Of a stretch of 64,000 nucleotides of DNA, positions 9,374 to 17,901 are shown piece by piece. The position numbers and the translations under genes are program-made. This DNA is from a bacterium (lineage in GTDB: Bacteria; Bdellovibrionota_C; UBA2361; SZUA-149; JAEUWB01). The notes under the pieces are model-generated. The model was not told the DNA's origin, searched no databases, and was given only the letters and a program-made list of their open reading frames with translations. The stretch lies in the NCBI GenBank assembly GCA_016786595.1, contig JAEUWB010000001.1, forward strand, positions 2,504-66,503. Reading direction: 5' to 3'. Position 1 is the stretch's first letter. Every line of letters begins with the position of its first letter.

Positions 9374-9530
9374 AGAATTCTAGAAAATAACGCCTCTACC
9401 CTAAGTCATTGGATTTTAAAGCCTGACTTAATAGCGCAATTAGAGTCATAAATAAACCTCGTGAATTTCCCCAAGGGTAGGTTATTATGCTAGTTTAGCA
9501 ATAATATTACCGATTAAATCACGGGGACTT

Positions 9531-10034
9531 ATGCTTTCAAAAGAAATGTGTACTCTATTAAACAAACAAATTGAGACCGAGGGGCAAGCTTCTCAAGTCT
9601 ATTTAGCGATGGCTTCGTGGGCCGAGGTTCAGGGTTTTAGTGGTGTTGCCTCTTTCTTGTATCATCATTCCGAGGAAGAACGCATGCACATGTTAAAGCT
9701 GATTCATTATATCAACGAGCGTGGTGGGCATGCCCTCGTCCCAAACCTCAAAGCGGTGCCCACAACGTTTGAATCGGTCAATCAAGTTTTTAGTAGTGTC
9801 TTAGAGCACGAAGTAAAAGTATCGAATGAAATCAACGCCGTCGTCGATCACTGCTTAAAAGAGAAAGACTATGCAACGCATAACTTCATGCAGTGGTATG
9901 TAACAGAGCAGCTAGAAGAGGAGCACTTGGCTCGGACATTACTTGATAAGCTCAATTTGATCGGGACTGACAAGGGTGGTTTTTATCTATTTGACCGAGA
10001 TTTAGAAACACTCTCCAAGGGCGAGACAAAGTAA
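9531..10034 (+). CDS. ftnA: Non-haem ferritin
   Basis: 167-aa ORF with ferritin ferroxidase-centre pattern: LNKQIxxEGQASQVYLAMASW, EExxHMLKL, FMQWYVTEQLEEE. Confidence 0.9.
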   Translation: MLSKEMCTLLNKQIETEGQASQVYLAMASWAEVQGFSGVASFLYHHSEEERMHMLKLIHYINERGGHALVPNLKAVPTTFESVNQVFSSVLEHEVKVSNEINAVVDHCLKEKDYATHNFMQWYVTEQLEEEHLARTLLDKLNLIGTDKGGFYLFDRDLETLSKGETK

Positions 10035-10177
10035 CGCCGATCGACAATCATGCAGAGTGATGTGAAGATAAGATTGAATCGCTTTTCAATTTGCATCTAA
10101 CTCACTCTGTTAAAATAATTCACCTACTAGCATAATGCGCCTACTGATAAACCGCGCCGCGGTTTCGTTTCTTTTTG

Positions 10178-10305
10178 GAATTACGCTTGGAGTTGAGTCA
10201 AAGTCGAGGCGCGGAAATTTTTTCGATGCCGACTTTATTGCAATAAACGAGGCTGAGAAAAAATATTCCGCAACGAAGAATTTGCCCAACAACAAGCGTA
10301 ATTCT
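10178..10305 (+). repeat. Family-3 structured element, copy A (long hairpin, conserved apex)
   Basis: Outer stem GAATTACGCTTG..GTTG / CAAC..CAAGCGTAATTC. Inner stem GCGGAAATTTTTT / AAAAAATATTCCGC. Conserved apex CGATGCCGACTTTATTGCAATAAACGAGGCTGAG. Same orientation as copies at 22002 and 41785. Confidence 0.75.
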
Positions 10306-11134
10306 ACCAGTAGCGTTCGAGGTGGATATGTCCTGGATCTTTTTTAGAATGTTCTTTAAAGCCAAATGGGCCAAGTAGGCTCAGCACATCTTCAATCATT
10401 GCGGGATTGCCACAAAGAAAAAGTTGGGTTGTTGCTGGATTTAGTTCAATTCCGACTAAAGCAGAATAAATCTCTGGCTCGAGCACATTTTGCACGCGAC
10501 CTTCGGTGATCTTTCTACTGGCGTGTTTGGCTGCTGGAGATGCGGCGGCCCAACCTGGTTCACGAGAGACGATTGGCAAATAGGTGAATCGACCGTCAGC
10601 ATCATGTTCAAGATTTTCTAATTCTGCTTTGTATAAAAGCTCGTCCGACTTTCTCACGCCGTTAATGAGCACGGCATTTTTCCAGCGCCCGCCATTCACT
10701 CCGTACGCGCGAAGCATGGAAACAAAAGGTGCAATTCCTGTGCCCGTGGAAACAAACACCACGTTCTCCAATACTCCAGCATGGTCGAGGGAGAATTTTC
10801 CTTTGATTTTAGAATTAATCCAAAGTGTTTGCCCAAGATCGCAGCGATGCAGATTTGGAGTAACCTGGCCGCCTTCGACTCGGGTAATTGCAAATTCGTA
10901 GTACTGCTTTTCTGTTGGGCTTGAAGCGATTGAATATTGTCGCCGAATTATTTTGCCATTTTCTTCATCAAGGGCAAGTTCTGCATATTGTCCGGGAGTG
11001 AAAGCTTCGTTGATTTCGAAATCGGGTTTAATACGTACAACCCATAGCCCTGGGGTGTAGTCTTTGCGCCAAATGACTCGTGCGTTGTGTTCCATTTCTC
11101 TGCGAGGCCTTTTTACCCAATGTCCGACTGGCAA
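10304..11134 (-). CDS. fpr: Ferredoxin-NADP+ reductase
   Basis: 276-aa ORF with RRQYSIASSP (FAD-binding RxYS) and VFVSTGTGIAPF (NADP-binding) motifs and a C-terminal ...LERYW. Confidence 0.9.
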   Translation of the reverse strand: MPVGHWVKRPRREMEHNARVIWRKDYTPGLWVVRIKPDFEINEAFTPGQYAELALDEENGKIIRRQYSIASSPTEKQYYEFAITRVEGGQVTPNLHRCDLGQTLWINSKIKGKFSLDHAGVLENVVFVSTGTGIAPFVSMLRAYGVNGGRWKNAVLINGVRKSDELLYKAELENLEHDADGRFTYLPIVSREPGWAAASPAAKHASRKITEGRVQNVLEPEIYSALVGIELNPATTQLFLCGNPAMIEDVLSLLGPFGFKEHSKKDPGHIHLERYW

Positions 11135-11161
11135 CGAACTTAAACGGAATCATGTTCTTTT

Positions 11162-11235
11162 TGGCTCGCCCTCAAGGACTCGAACCTCGATCACCAGAGT
11201 CAGAATCTGGGATGCTACCATTGCACCAAGGGCGA
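11162..11235 (-). tRNA. tRNA-Gln (anticodon CUG)
   Basis: Hand-folded cloverleaf of 74 nt. Acceptor TCGCCCT/AGGGCGA (U1-A72, as in bacterial tRNA-Gln). Anticodon arm CCAGA-TTCTGAC-TCTGG, T-loop GGTTCGAGTCC, discriminator G, encoded CCA. Confidence 0.9.
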
Positions 11236-11395
11236 ACAAGTTGTGAAAATTTTAACTCGTCTGGCGATTAACGTCAATTTAGAGTGTACGCTTGTAAGAT
11301 CTAGGACTCTTATCTATACTTCCACGAGCCATAGAGCTTAGTCTAAAAATCAATTTCGTTTATGACGAAATTGATTTTTGGCAAACCTACCTTGT

Positions 11396-11467
11396 GGCCC
11401 CTTCGTCTAGCGGTTAGGACAGTGGCCTCTCACGCCATAAACACGGGTTCGATTCCCGTAGGGGTCA
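11396..11467 (+). tRNA. tRNA-Glu (anticodon CUC)
   Basis: Hand-folded, 72 nt. Acceptor GGCCCCT/AGGGGTC, D-arm TCGTCTAGCGGTTAGGAC typical of tRNA-Glu, anticodon arm GTGGC-CTCTCAC-GCCAT, T-loop GGTTCGATTCC. CCA is not encoded. Confidence 0.9.
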
Positions 11468-11485
11468 GTTACTTTGCAACATCAT

Positions 11486-11785
11486 CCTTAGACTTGAACT
11501 TAGACCTCCCCTTCTCCTCTCTCTTTACAATTAGGCTAGAGCAGATCACGAATCTGTGTATTGGATAGTGATCTGCTCTAGCGACTGCTTGAAAAGCAGT
11601 CGCGGGGACCAAAACACCGATTTGGTCCCCGTAATGTCATGTAAAGATTCATCTTTACATGACCAGTATAATTTTAGAGCGTTTCAATATAAAATTACTT
11701 GCTCGCCGTAAGCGAGTCGTTTGTATCTACACAAAAGCGTGAAACGCTCTAGTGTGTCAGGAGAAGTATAAGTTCAAGCCTAAGG
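11486..11785. repeat. Family-1 palindromic element with five nested hairpins
   Basis: Outer arms 11486-11518 (CCTTAGACTTGAACTTAGAC..TTCTCCT) and 11759-11785 (AGGAGAAGTATAAGTTCAAGCCTAAGG). Inner perfect hairpins at 11536-11581 (14 bp), 11582-11602 (9 bp), 11604-11630 (10 bp), 11636-11663 (13 bp) and 11675-11751 (12 bp). Confidence 0.8.
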
Positions 11786-11829
11786 ATCAGTCCTATCTAG
11801 CAAATCAATCCTGCTCGAGTTTTCGCAAT

Positions 11830-12477
11830 CTACGCAACAGCCTTTAAGACGCTACGACTTTCAACCGCACGGATTGAATCGTAGACTTTACGTAAGCGTT
11901 TACGTAGCATTAAGCGTGAACGATGCAAGCGAGATTTAACGGCCGGCACTGTAATCCCAAGCGCATCAGCTGTTTCTTCATTGGAAAGCCCGTCCATGTC
12001 ACGCATTACAAACACAGTGCGGTATTCAACAGGTAGCTTTTCGATCGCACTCGAGAGTGAGCTTCGAATTTCGCTACCTAAGGTGCGTTCATCGGGACAT
12101 ACAGTGTAATCGCGATCGATCAGCTCATCTGAAGTTTCGATTTTTAAGCGACTATCATCGAGCGACATGGCCATACGAACTTTTCTGCGACGTAACAACA
12201 TAAATGCGCAGTTAGCAGTAATGCGGTAGAGCCAGCTAGAAAATGCGGAGTTACCTTGGAAGCTGTCGAGTTTGCGGAAGATTGTCACAAATACTTCTTG
12301 CAATACTTCTTCGGCGTCTTCTTGGTTGCGCGTTAAGCGCATTGCAAGGTGAAATACTTTTGTTTGGTAGCGATTAACGAGTTCAGCAAAACTCTCGTGT
12401 GAACCTTTTAAGAATTGATCGATTAAAACCTGGTCACTTGGTGGATTCAGATTAGTGCGTGCAGTTGTAATACTCAT
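11830..12477 (-). CDS. RNA polymerase sigma factor, ECF (sigma-70 group 4) family
   Basis: 215-aa ORF. Region 2 is VFHLAMRLTRNQEDAEEVLQEVFV..SWLYRITANCAF and region 4 HTH is NEETADALGITVPAVKSRLHRSR. Confidence 0.9.
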   Translation of the reverse strand: MSITTARTNLNPPSDQVLIDQFLKGSHESFAELVNRYQTKVFHLAMRLTRNQEDAEEVLQEVFVTIFRKLDSFQGNSAFSSWLYRITANCAFMLLRRRKVRMAMSLDDSRLKIETSDELIDRDYTVCPDERTLGSEIRSSLSSAIEKLPVEYRTVFVMRDMDGLSNEETADALGITVPAVKSRLHRSRLMLRKRLRKVYDSIRAVESRSVLKAVA

Positions 12478-12725
12478 CTCCCGTCCTCCCTTGTTCTAAG
12501 AGTGACTTTAGACTAGCTGCACTTGGTAGTTGTCACAGATTTGTAAATTGATTTCGGTACCTTTGTCACAAATTTCAAGAAGCAAACCGATACCAACAAT
12601 TAAATACTAGAATGAATATTCGTTATGAAAAAGAAATGCTAAAGTTAGCAAATGTTATCTAGAGCAAAGATTTTTTCTTCTGATATCCGGTCGTTCTTTT
12701 TTGACAGAAAAACCGGAATCAAGCA

Positions 12726-13337
12726 TCAGCCTGAGTGCGGGAGATAGGGTTCCTTTTCCCCTTGCGGCGGCGAATCACCCCCATCACGATGATGTTTCTC
12801 ATCGCCGTCATCAGACATTTTCTCGAGCAAACCAAGGGCCAGTGCTGAGAAAACAAACAATCCGTGAATTGCCAAGCGCATCCAAACGTGGTTTGGCTGC
12901 AACTTGTCTAATTCAAAAAATGCCCTGAGCAATCCCACGCCAGAGATACCAATCAATGATTGAGCAAGTTTGGTTTTGAGCGTTGTTGGGCTGATGTGCG
13001 CAAGCCATTTCGGCTTATCGGGGTGACGATCTTTGATATCGAGGTGCGAAACCATTGTCGTGTAACCCCCGAGAGTAACCATGTAGGTGAGTTGCGCAAC
13101 TAAGACCACATCGACCAAGCCGAGAACGGCAAGAATCAATTGTTCTCCATCAAAATGCAGGATCTCGCTAAAAATCTTCAGCAAATCCTTGACGAAGTAA
13201 GTCATCATGCCAACTTGCACAACACCAAGACCTACATAAAAGACGACGTGCAGCCAACGACTCCAGAACAGACCGTTCTCAAGCCAAAGCTCTATTTTGG
13301 AGTGCGGGTGGGCTCCTCCGTTCTTGGTTTTTTTCAT
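12726..13337 (-). CDS. YqhA/UPF0114-family inner-membrane protein
   Basis: 203-aa ORF whose pattern (..SRWLHVVFYVGL.., LILAVLGLVDVVLV, GGYTTMVSHLDI, KLAQSLIGISGVGLLRAF) parallels E. coli YqhA along its length. Confidence 0.75.
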   Translation of the reverse strand: MKKTKNGGAHPHSKIELWLENGLFWSRWLHVVFYVGLGVVQVGMMTYFVKDLLKIFSEILHFDGEQLILAVLGLVDVVLVAQLTYMVTLGGYTTMVSHLDIKDRHPDKPKWLAHISPTTLKTKLAQSLIGISGVGLLRAFFELDKLQPNHVWMRLAIHGLFVFSALALGLLEKMSDDGDEKHHRDGGDSPPQGEKEPYLPHSG

Positions 13338-13524
13338 TTTATTGCTCTGTGCGCCTTTAAAAACCTGATTGTCCTTAAAGACCGGATAGCAGAAGAAAAA
13401 TGACTAAAATTACTTTTGTTAGATTAAGACTATCAACTACTCAAACATATTTCATTCAAAGAACAGCAAGAAAAAAGCCAAAGATAGCATAATTTCTTAG
13501 CTAAGAAAACAACTGGGGAAGAAA

Positions 13525-14175
13525 TTATGAACGTTGTAACTGCTTAAAAAAATCTGCACCAATGTGGCGCACGGCAATGCGCTCAGCTTCAACGATGGCT
13601 AGGCCTCGGTCGATTGCATGATCGAGCGTGTTATTGACCAGAAAATAGTCACTAAATTTGGCATCGGACAAAACTTCAACTTCGTGATGCGCAGTATCAA
13701 TACGTAGCTTCATTTCCTCTTCAGTCTCTGCGCCACGTCGATTCAGCCTGTCTTCTAATTCTTGAAAAGATGGTGGGAAAACAAATACTGTTACAACTTG
13801 ACCAGGGTATAGATTTTTTAGTGCCGTAACGCCTTCAATCTCAATATTAAAAATCAAATCCACGTGATCTCGCAGCGCTTCTTCGATATTGCGCCTTTCT
13901 GTACCATATTGATTGCCACTATAGATCGCGTTTTCAATAAATTGATTTGCTCTGCGCCGCGCCTCAAACTCGGTCGTAGAAACAAAGTAATAATCACGGC
14001 CATCAACTTCACCAGGCCGGGGGCTACGCGTTGTTGTGGAAATTGATTTCCTGAGGTGTTTAGCGCGATTTAAAATCGACTCAGTAATTGTAGATTTACC
14101 GCTGGCAGTCGGTCCGCAAAAGCAGAATAATATCGGATAAACTGGTCGAACAATTGGTCGATTGGTGCCGGACAT
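13525..14175 (-). CDS. gmk: Guanylate kinase
   Basis: P-loop GPTASGKST and TTRSPRPGEVDGRDYYFVS motif. The start is set to the ATG at 14175 (MSGTN...) because the longer track ORF (to 14238) would overlap the yicC 3' end. Confidence 0.9.
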   Translation of the reverse strand: MSGTNRPIVRPVYPILFCFCGPTASGKSTITESILNRAKHLRKSISTTTRSPRPGEVDGRDYYFVSTTEFEARRRANQFIENAIYSGNQYGTERRNIEEALRDHVDLIFNIEIEGVTALKNLYPGQVVTVFVFPPSFQELEDRLNRRGAETEEEMKLRIDTAHHEVEVLSDAKFSDYFLVNNTLDHAIDRGLAIVEAERIAVRHIGADFFKQLQRS

Positions 14176-14179
14176 AACG

Positions 14180-15082
14180 CTACTCCACGTTTTGAACCTG
14201 TTCGCGGATTTTTTCAAGTAATGACTTGGCTTCGACAATCAATAAGGAAACTTCAGCCAGCTCTGACTTAGCGCCACAGGTAGTAAATTCACGATGCATT
14301 TCTTGGCAGAGAAAATCTAGCTTCTTACCGATATCATCACTTGCACCGAGAAGCTTCTCAAACTGAGTAAAATGACTTCTCAGGCGGTCTACTTCTTCTG
14401 TGTAATCAGTGCGGTCAGCAGCAAGAATGACTTCTTGGCTTAACCTGTCTGGGTCAATCGTATTGGCCGGAGCAAAATTCTTAAGCCGCTCTTCAAGTTT
14501 AGTTCGATAAAAATCGCGTGACTGCAAGGCTAGAGCCTCAATCTTTTGCGCAATGACCTTCAAATCACTAAGATTCTTTTTTAAGATTTCAGTTAATTTC
14601 TTGCCCTCCGCGGTGCGCATCTCAAGTAAGGATTGCAGCGCAAGCTCTAGCACCGTTTGGAGTTCTGCTAAGGGCAGAAGTTGAGTTTCAAGTGGGCTTG
14701 AATCCTTAGAAATTACATCATGGCGGCCCAGGACTTCAAAGACCGCCTGTTCACGCCAGCGCTCTGCACCACTTAAGACTTGCTGAAATGCTTGTTGATA
14801 AAGACTAAAGTATTGCTGGAAAAGATTTTGATCCAATTTCAGATTGACGCCCGAAGCAGTTTCTGATTTTTCTGCAATGACAACACGCAAATCAACTTTG
14901 CCACGTCGTAAAAGTTTTTTGACAATTTCATTACAGGGAATTTCATACGCAGAGTATTGCCCAGGCAATCTAACGCTCACATCTAAATAGCGATGATTAA
15001 CAGACCTGATTTCAACCTCGACGTCATGCGTAGGAAAGGATTTAACAGCCTTACCGAAACCTGTCATGCTCGTAAGTGACAT
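14180..15082 (-). CDS. yicC: YicC-family stress-induced protein
   Basis: 300-aa ORF with N-terminus SMTGFGKA and a C-terminal DUF1732-like EEVDRLRSH...QEMHREFTT region. Shows the classic yicC-gmk adjacency. Confidence 0.88.
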   Translation of the reverse strand: MSLTSMTGFGKAVKSFPTHDVEVEIRSVNHRYLDVSVRLPGQYSAYEIPCNEIVKKLLRRGKVDLRVVIAEKSETASGVNLKLDQNLFQQYFSLYQQAFQQVLSGAERWREQAVFEVLGRHDVISKDSSPLETQLLPLAELQTVLELALQSLLEMRTAEGKKLTEILKKNLSDLKVIAQKIEALALQSRDFYRTKLEERLKNFAPANTIDPDRLSQEVILAADRTDYTEEVDRLRSHFTQFEKLLGASDDIGKKLDFLCQEMHREFTTCGAKSELAEVSLLIVEAKSLLEKIREQVQNVE

Positions 15083-16068
15083 TAATGATGATCCTCATTG
15101 AGTTCAGTAATTAATTGACCCTTGGTAATTGGCACTGTACCAACTTCCCCAACTACGACACTTGCTGCGTGATTTGCAAGCTCTGCAGCTTGAGTCAGAT
15201 TTGCCCCTGTCGCAAGCGCCAGGGTAAAAACTGCAGAGACAGTGTCGCCTGCACCTGAGACATCATAAACTTCTCGCGTTTTTGTCGGCACGTGAATAGT
15301 TTGCCCATCACGCGAAATCATTGCTACCCCTTGATCGCCAAGTGTAATTAAAACAGTCTGACAGGGCCAGATTTCTAGTAACTTTTTGCCTGCCCGATAG
15401 GCGTCTTCGATAGTTTTTATTTTCATCCCGGAGGCAAGTTGCGCCTCTGATCGATTCGGCTTGATGATCGTTGCATTTTTATAAATCGAAAAATTAGCCT
15501 GTTTAGGGTCAACGACAATCACCGGCTTTAGTGCGGCAAAGAGCTCAAATAATTTTGAAGTAATTACACCCTTAGCGTAGTCAGAGATAATAATTGCATC
15601 GACATGAGCTGAATGTGCGCGCACGAAATCAAGAATTTGTTTTTCAGTAGCCGCACCAATTTGATCGGTCGATTCTCGATCGACACGCACAATTTGCTGT
15701 GATTGTGCAATTACACGAGTCTTACGAATCGTTTCACGGCTAGGGTCTTTGATCACTCCCTGAGTATCAACGCCACGACTTGATAATTTTTGAATCAAAT
15801 CAGCGCCGAAAGAGTCCGCGCCAATCACGCCACAAACGCTAACCTTAGCTCCGAGCTCAATCAAGTTCTGGACGACGTTACCAGCTCCCCCTGCCCTAAA
15901 ATCTTCTGTGCGAACATGCACGACCAAGACTGGTGCTTCTGGAGAAACTCGGTCGGCTGCTCCCCAGATATAGTGATCGAGAATTAAATCCCCAATCACA
16001 AGCACACGCTTACCTTCCATCCGTGCAACAATCTCAAGCAACTCATTTCGTTTTGCTGCGCTAAGCAT
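15082..16068 (-). CDS. hldA: D-glycero-beta-D-manno-heptose-7-phosphate kinase (RfaE domain I type, PfkB family)
   Basis: 328-aa ORF with VLVIGDLILDHYIWG, GGAGNV and GAGDT PfkB motifs. Monofunctional length, in a heptose/LPS-core gene context. Confidence 0.85.
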   Translation of the reverse strand: MLSAAKRNELLEIVARMEGKRVLVIGDLILDHYIWGAADRVSPEAPVLVVHVRTEDFRAGGAGNVVQNLIELGAKVSVCGVIGADSFGADLIQKLSSRGVDTQGVIKDPSRETIRKTRVIAQSQQIVRVDRESTDQIGAATEKQILDFVRAHSAHVDAIIISDYAKGVITSKLFELFAALKPVIVVDPKQANFSIYKNATIIKPNRSEAQLASGMKIKTIEDAYRAGKKLLEIWPCQTVLITLGDQGVAMISRDGQTIHVPTKTREVYDVSGAGDTVSAVFTLALATGANLTQAAELANHAASVVVGEVGTVPITKGQLITELNEDHH

Positions 16069-16075
16069 TGATTAG

Positions 16076-16855
16076 TTAAGACCTCTTTTTACGTTCATTG
16101 AACTCATGTTCCCAAACTTTGGCATACTTCATAAATGTGTAATAGGCCTCAGCTAAAGCTACAATAAACCCAGCCTTGCCCTCACTGAACCCTCGCTTTA
16201 TTACATAAAATTTAAAAAATCTAACTAAAGGGTTAACAATCAAGGAAAATAAACTTGCTCTGCCTCCCAACTGATACTCTTCGCGCGCAGCATCCGTGGA
16301 ATGCTTATTCAAGCGACTAAATTGATCTTCGATATTCTTATAAGTGTAGTGTTCAAGTTCGCCCCCCAAAGTCTCAGTTTGTCCTTCGACAATTGGCTTT
16401 TCGTGAGGATCTGTTCCGCCCCAAGTAGTTTTAGATTTACGTAAAAGCCGCAAGCGATATTCGGGATACCACCCTCCGCGCCTCCACCAACGGTCTAAAA
16501 AGAACACAACCCTGTTCATATAATAGCCGTTGATATTTTTCGACTTGGCTTGGCTCAATGCAGATAGAATATTTTCTTTGAGCTCTGGAGTAACGCGCTC
16601 ATCAGCATCAATATTTAAAACCCATTCATTCTCACATTGTTCCAGTCCGAATGCTTTCTGCGCACGATACCCTGGCCAAGCTCTCGTAAAAACCTTAGCG
16701 CCAAGCTGCTTGGCGATTTCAACGGTGCGATCTTGGGAGAAAGAATCGATCACAATAATTTCATCGCAAAAAGAAACACTCTGGATACACGCCTCCAAAT
16801 AGCGCTCTTCGTTGAAAGTTATAATAAATGCCGATATTTTTTCTCTTTTATCCAT
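16076..16855 (-). CDS. Family 2 glycosyltransferase (LPS-core type)
   Basis: 259-aa ORF with ISAFIITFNEE...IVIDSFSQDRT...NIDADER (GT-A fold, DxD). Sits between heptose kinase and heptosyltransferase genes. Confidence 0.85.
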   Translation of the reverse strand: MDKREKISAFIITFNEERYLEACIQSVSFCDEIIVIDSFSQDRTVEIAKQLGAKVFTRAWPGYRAQKAFGLEQCENEWVLNIDADERVTPELKENILSALSQAKSKNINGYYMNRVVFFLDRWWRRGGWYPEYRLRLLRKSKTTWGGTDPHEKPIVEGQTETLGGELEHYTYKNIEDQFSRLNKHSTDAAREEYQLGGRASLFSLIVNPLVRFFKFYVIKRGFSEGKAGFIVALAEAYYTFMKYAKVWEHEFNERKKRS

Positions 16856-17882
16856 GTTTTACAATACGCGATACTTGCATGGATACAGCTTCAGGTAAAA
16901 TTGATTTCATGCAAATTGTTCCAAGGCCAGGACATTGCTTTAAATAACATGGGCTACAATCAGCTTGACCTTGCATAATCCACTGTTCCGAACCCCAAGG
17001 CTGAGATCGCTCGGGACTAGTCGGGCCCCAAAGTGAGACGACTGGAATGCCGCTAGCAGCCGCAATATGCATTGGCCCCGAGTCCGATCCAACGGCAAGT
17101 AGCATTTCAGAAAAAACTGCCGGTAATAAACCAAGTGAAGTCTTTTCAACTAAATTAATCAGCTTAACTTTAGCTGTAGCAGTTAGCGCTGCCGCATAAA
17201 CTCGTTCACTCTTGGCGCCAATTAACACCGGCACCAATTGGCACTCTACATGCATCCGCTGGATTAATTCCTGATAATACTCAACTGGCCAGAGTCTCGT
17301 TTCCCAGGTCGAGCCCAGCAGTAACCCAACCAAACGATCCCCTTCACTGCGCCCAGCAGAATTTAAGATTTCAAGTGCAGTTTGTCGCGCGAGTTTAGTC
17401 GGCTGTAATCCAAAATCAAGTGGTGTTGCTACAGCTAAACCTAGATAATCACCAAAAGCTTGATACTGTATGACCTTAGAAGAAAAATGTTCGGCTGCCG
17501 GAACTTGTTCCGTATTAAAAATCCAGTTGAATTCGCGTGAGTTTTTTCGATGGAAACAAACGCGGCGCGGCGCACGGCTTAATAGAGAAGTCACCCCGCT
17601 TTTAAAGTGCCTTTGCAAATCAAGAGTTAAATCAAAATTTTGGCTACGCATTTTTCTGAGAAATTCTAAATAGCCGCTAAAGCCACGAGGACGATCAAAC
17701 ACGAGAATTTTATCAATCGCTGGATGGTTTTCAACCAGACTCTTGGAAATCGGTTCAACGGCCCAGGTAATCTGCGCATTTGGCCAGGAACGCTTGAGTC
17801 GCGTTACCAGTGGCAAGGCTCTAGTAACGTCACCAATTGCGCCAAAAAGAATAACCAAAATCTTTTGTGGATAAGTATCCAT
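16848..17882 (-). CDS. Family 9 glycosyltransferase (LPS heptosyltransferase-like)
   Basis: 344-aa ORF with ILVILFGAIGDVTRALPL N-terminus and SDSGPMHIAAA motif typical of GT9. Confidence 0.85.
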   Translation of the reverse strand: MDTYPQKILVILFGAIGDVTRALPLVTRLKRSWPNAQITWAVEPISKSLVENHPAIDKILVFDRPRGFSGYLEFLRKMRSQNFDLTLDLQRHFKSGVTSLLSRAPRRVCFHRKNSREFNWIFNTEQVPAAEHFSSKVIQYQAFGDYLGLAVATPLDFGLQPTKLARQTALEILNSAGRSEGDRLVGLLLGSTWETRLWPVEYYQELIQRMHVECQLVPVLIGAKSERVYAAALTATAKVKLINLVEKTSLGLLPAVFSEMLLAVGSDSGPMHIAAASGIPVVSLWGPTSPERSQPWGSEQWIMQGQADCSPCYLKQCPGLGTICMKSILPEAVSMQVSRIVKHG

Positions 17883-17901
17883 CTATGAACCTTTCATAGC
17901 T

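Noticed and set aside
9491-9514. Imperfect palindrome ATTATGCTA-GTT-TAGCAATAAT upstream of the ferritin gene, considered as a Fur box
   Set aside because: It resembles the GATAATGATAATCATTATC consensus only in A+T richness. This is insufficient to call.
11064-11568. Track ORFs 11064-11246, 11080-11271 and 11362-11568
   Set aside because: They overlap tRNA-Gln and tRNA-Glu and the start of the palindromic element, so they are spurious.
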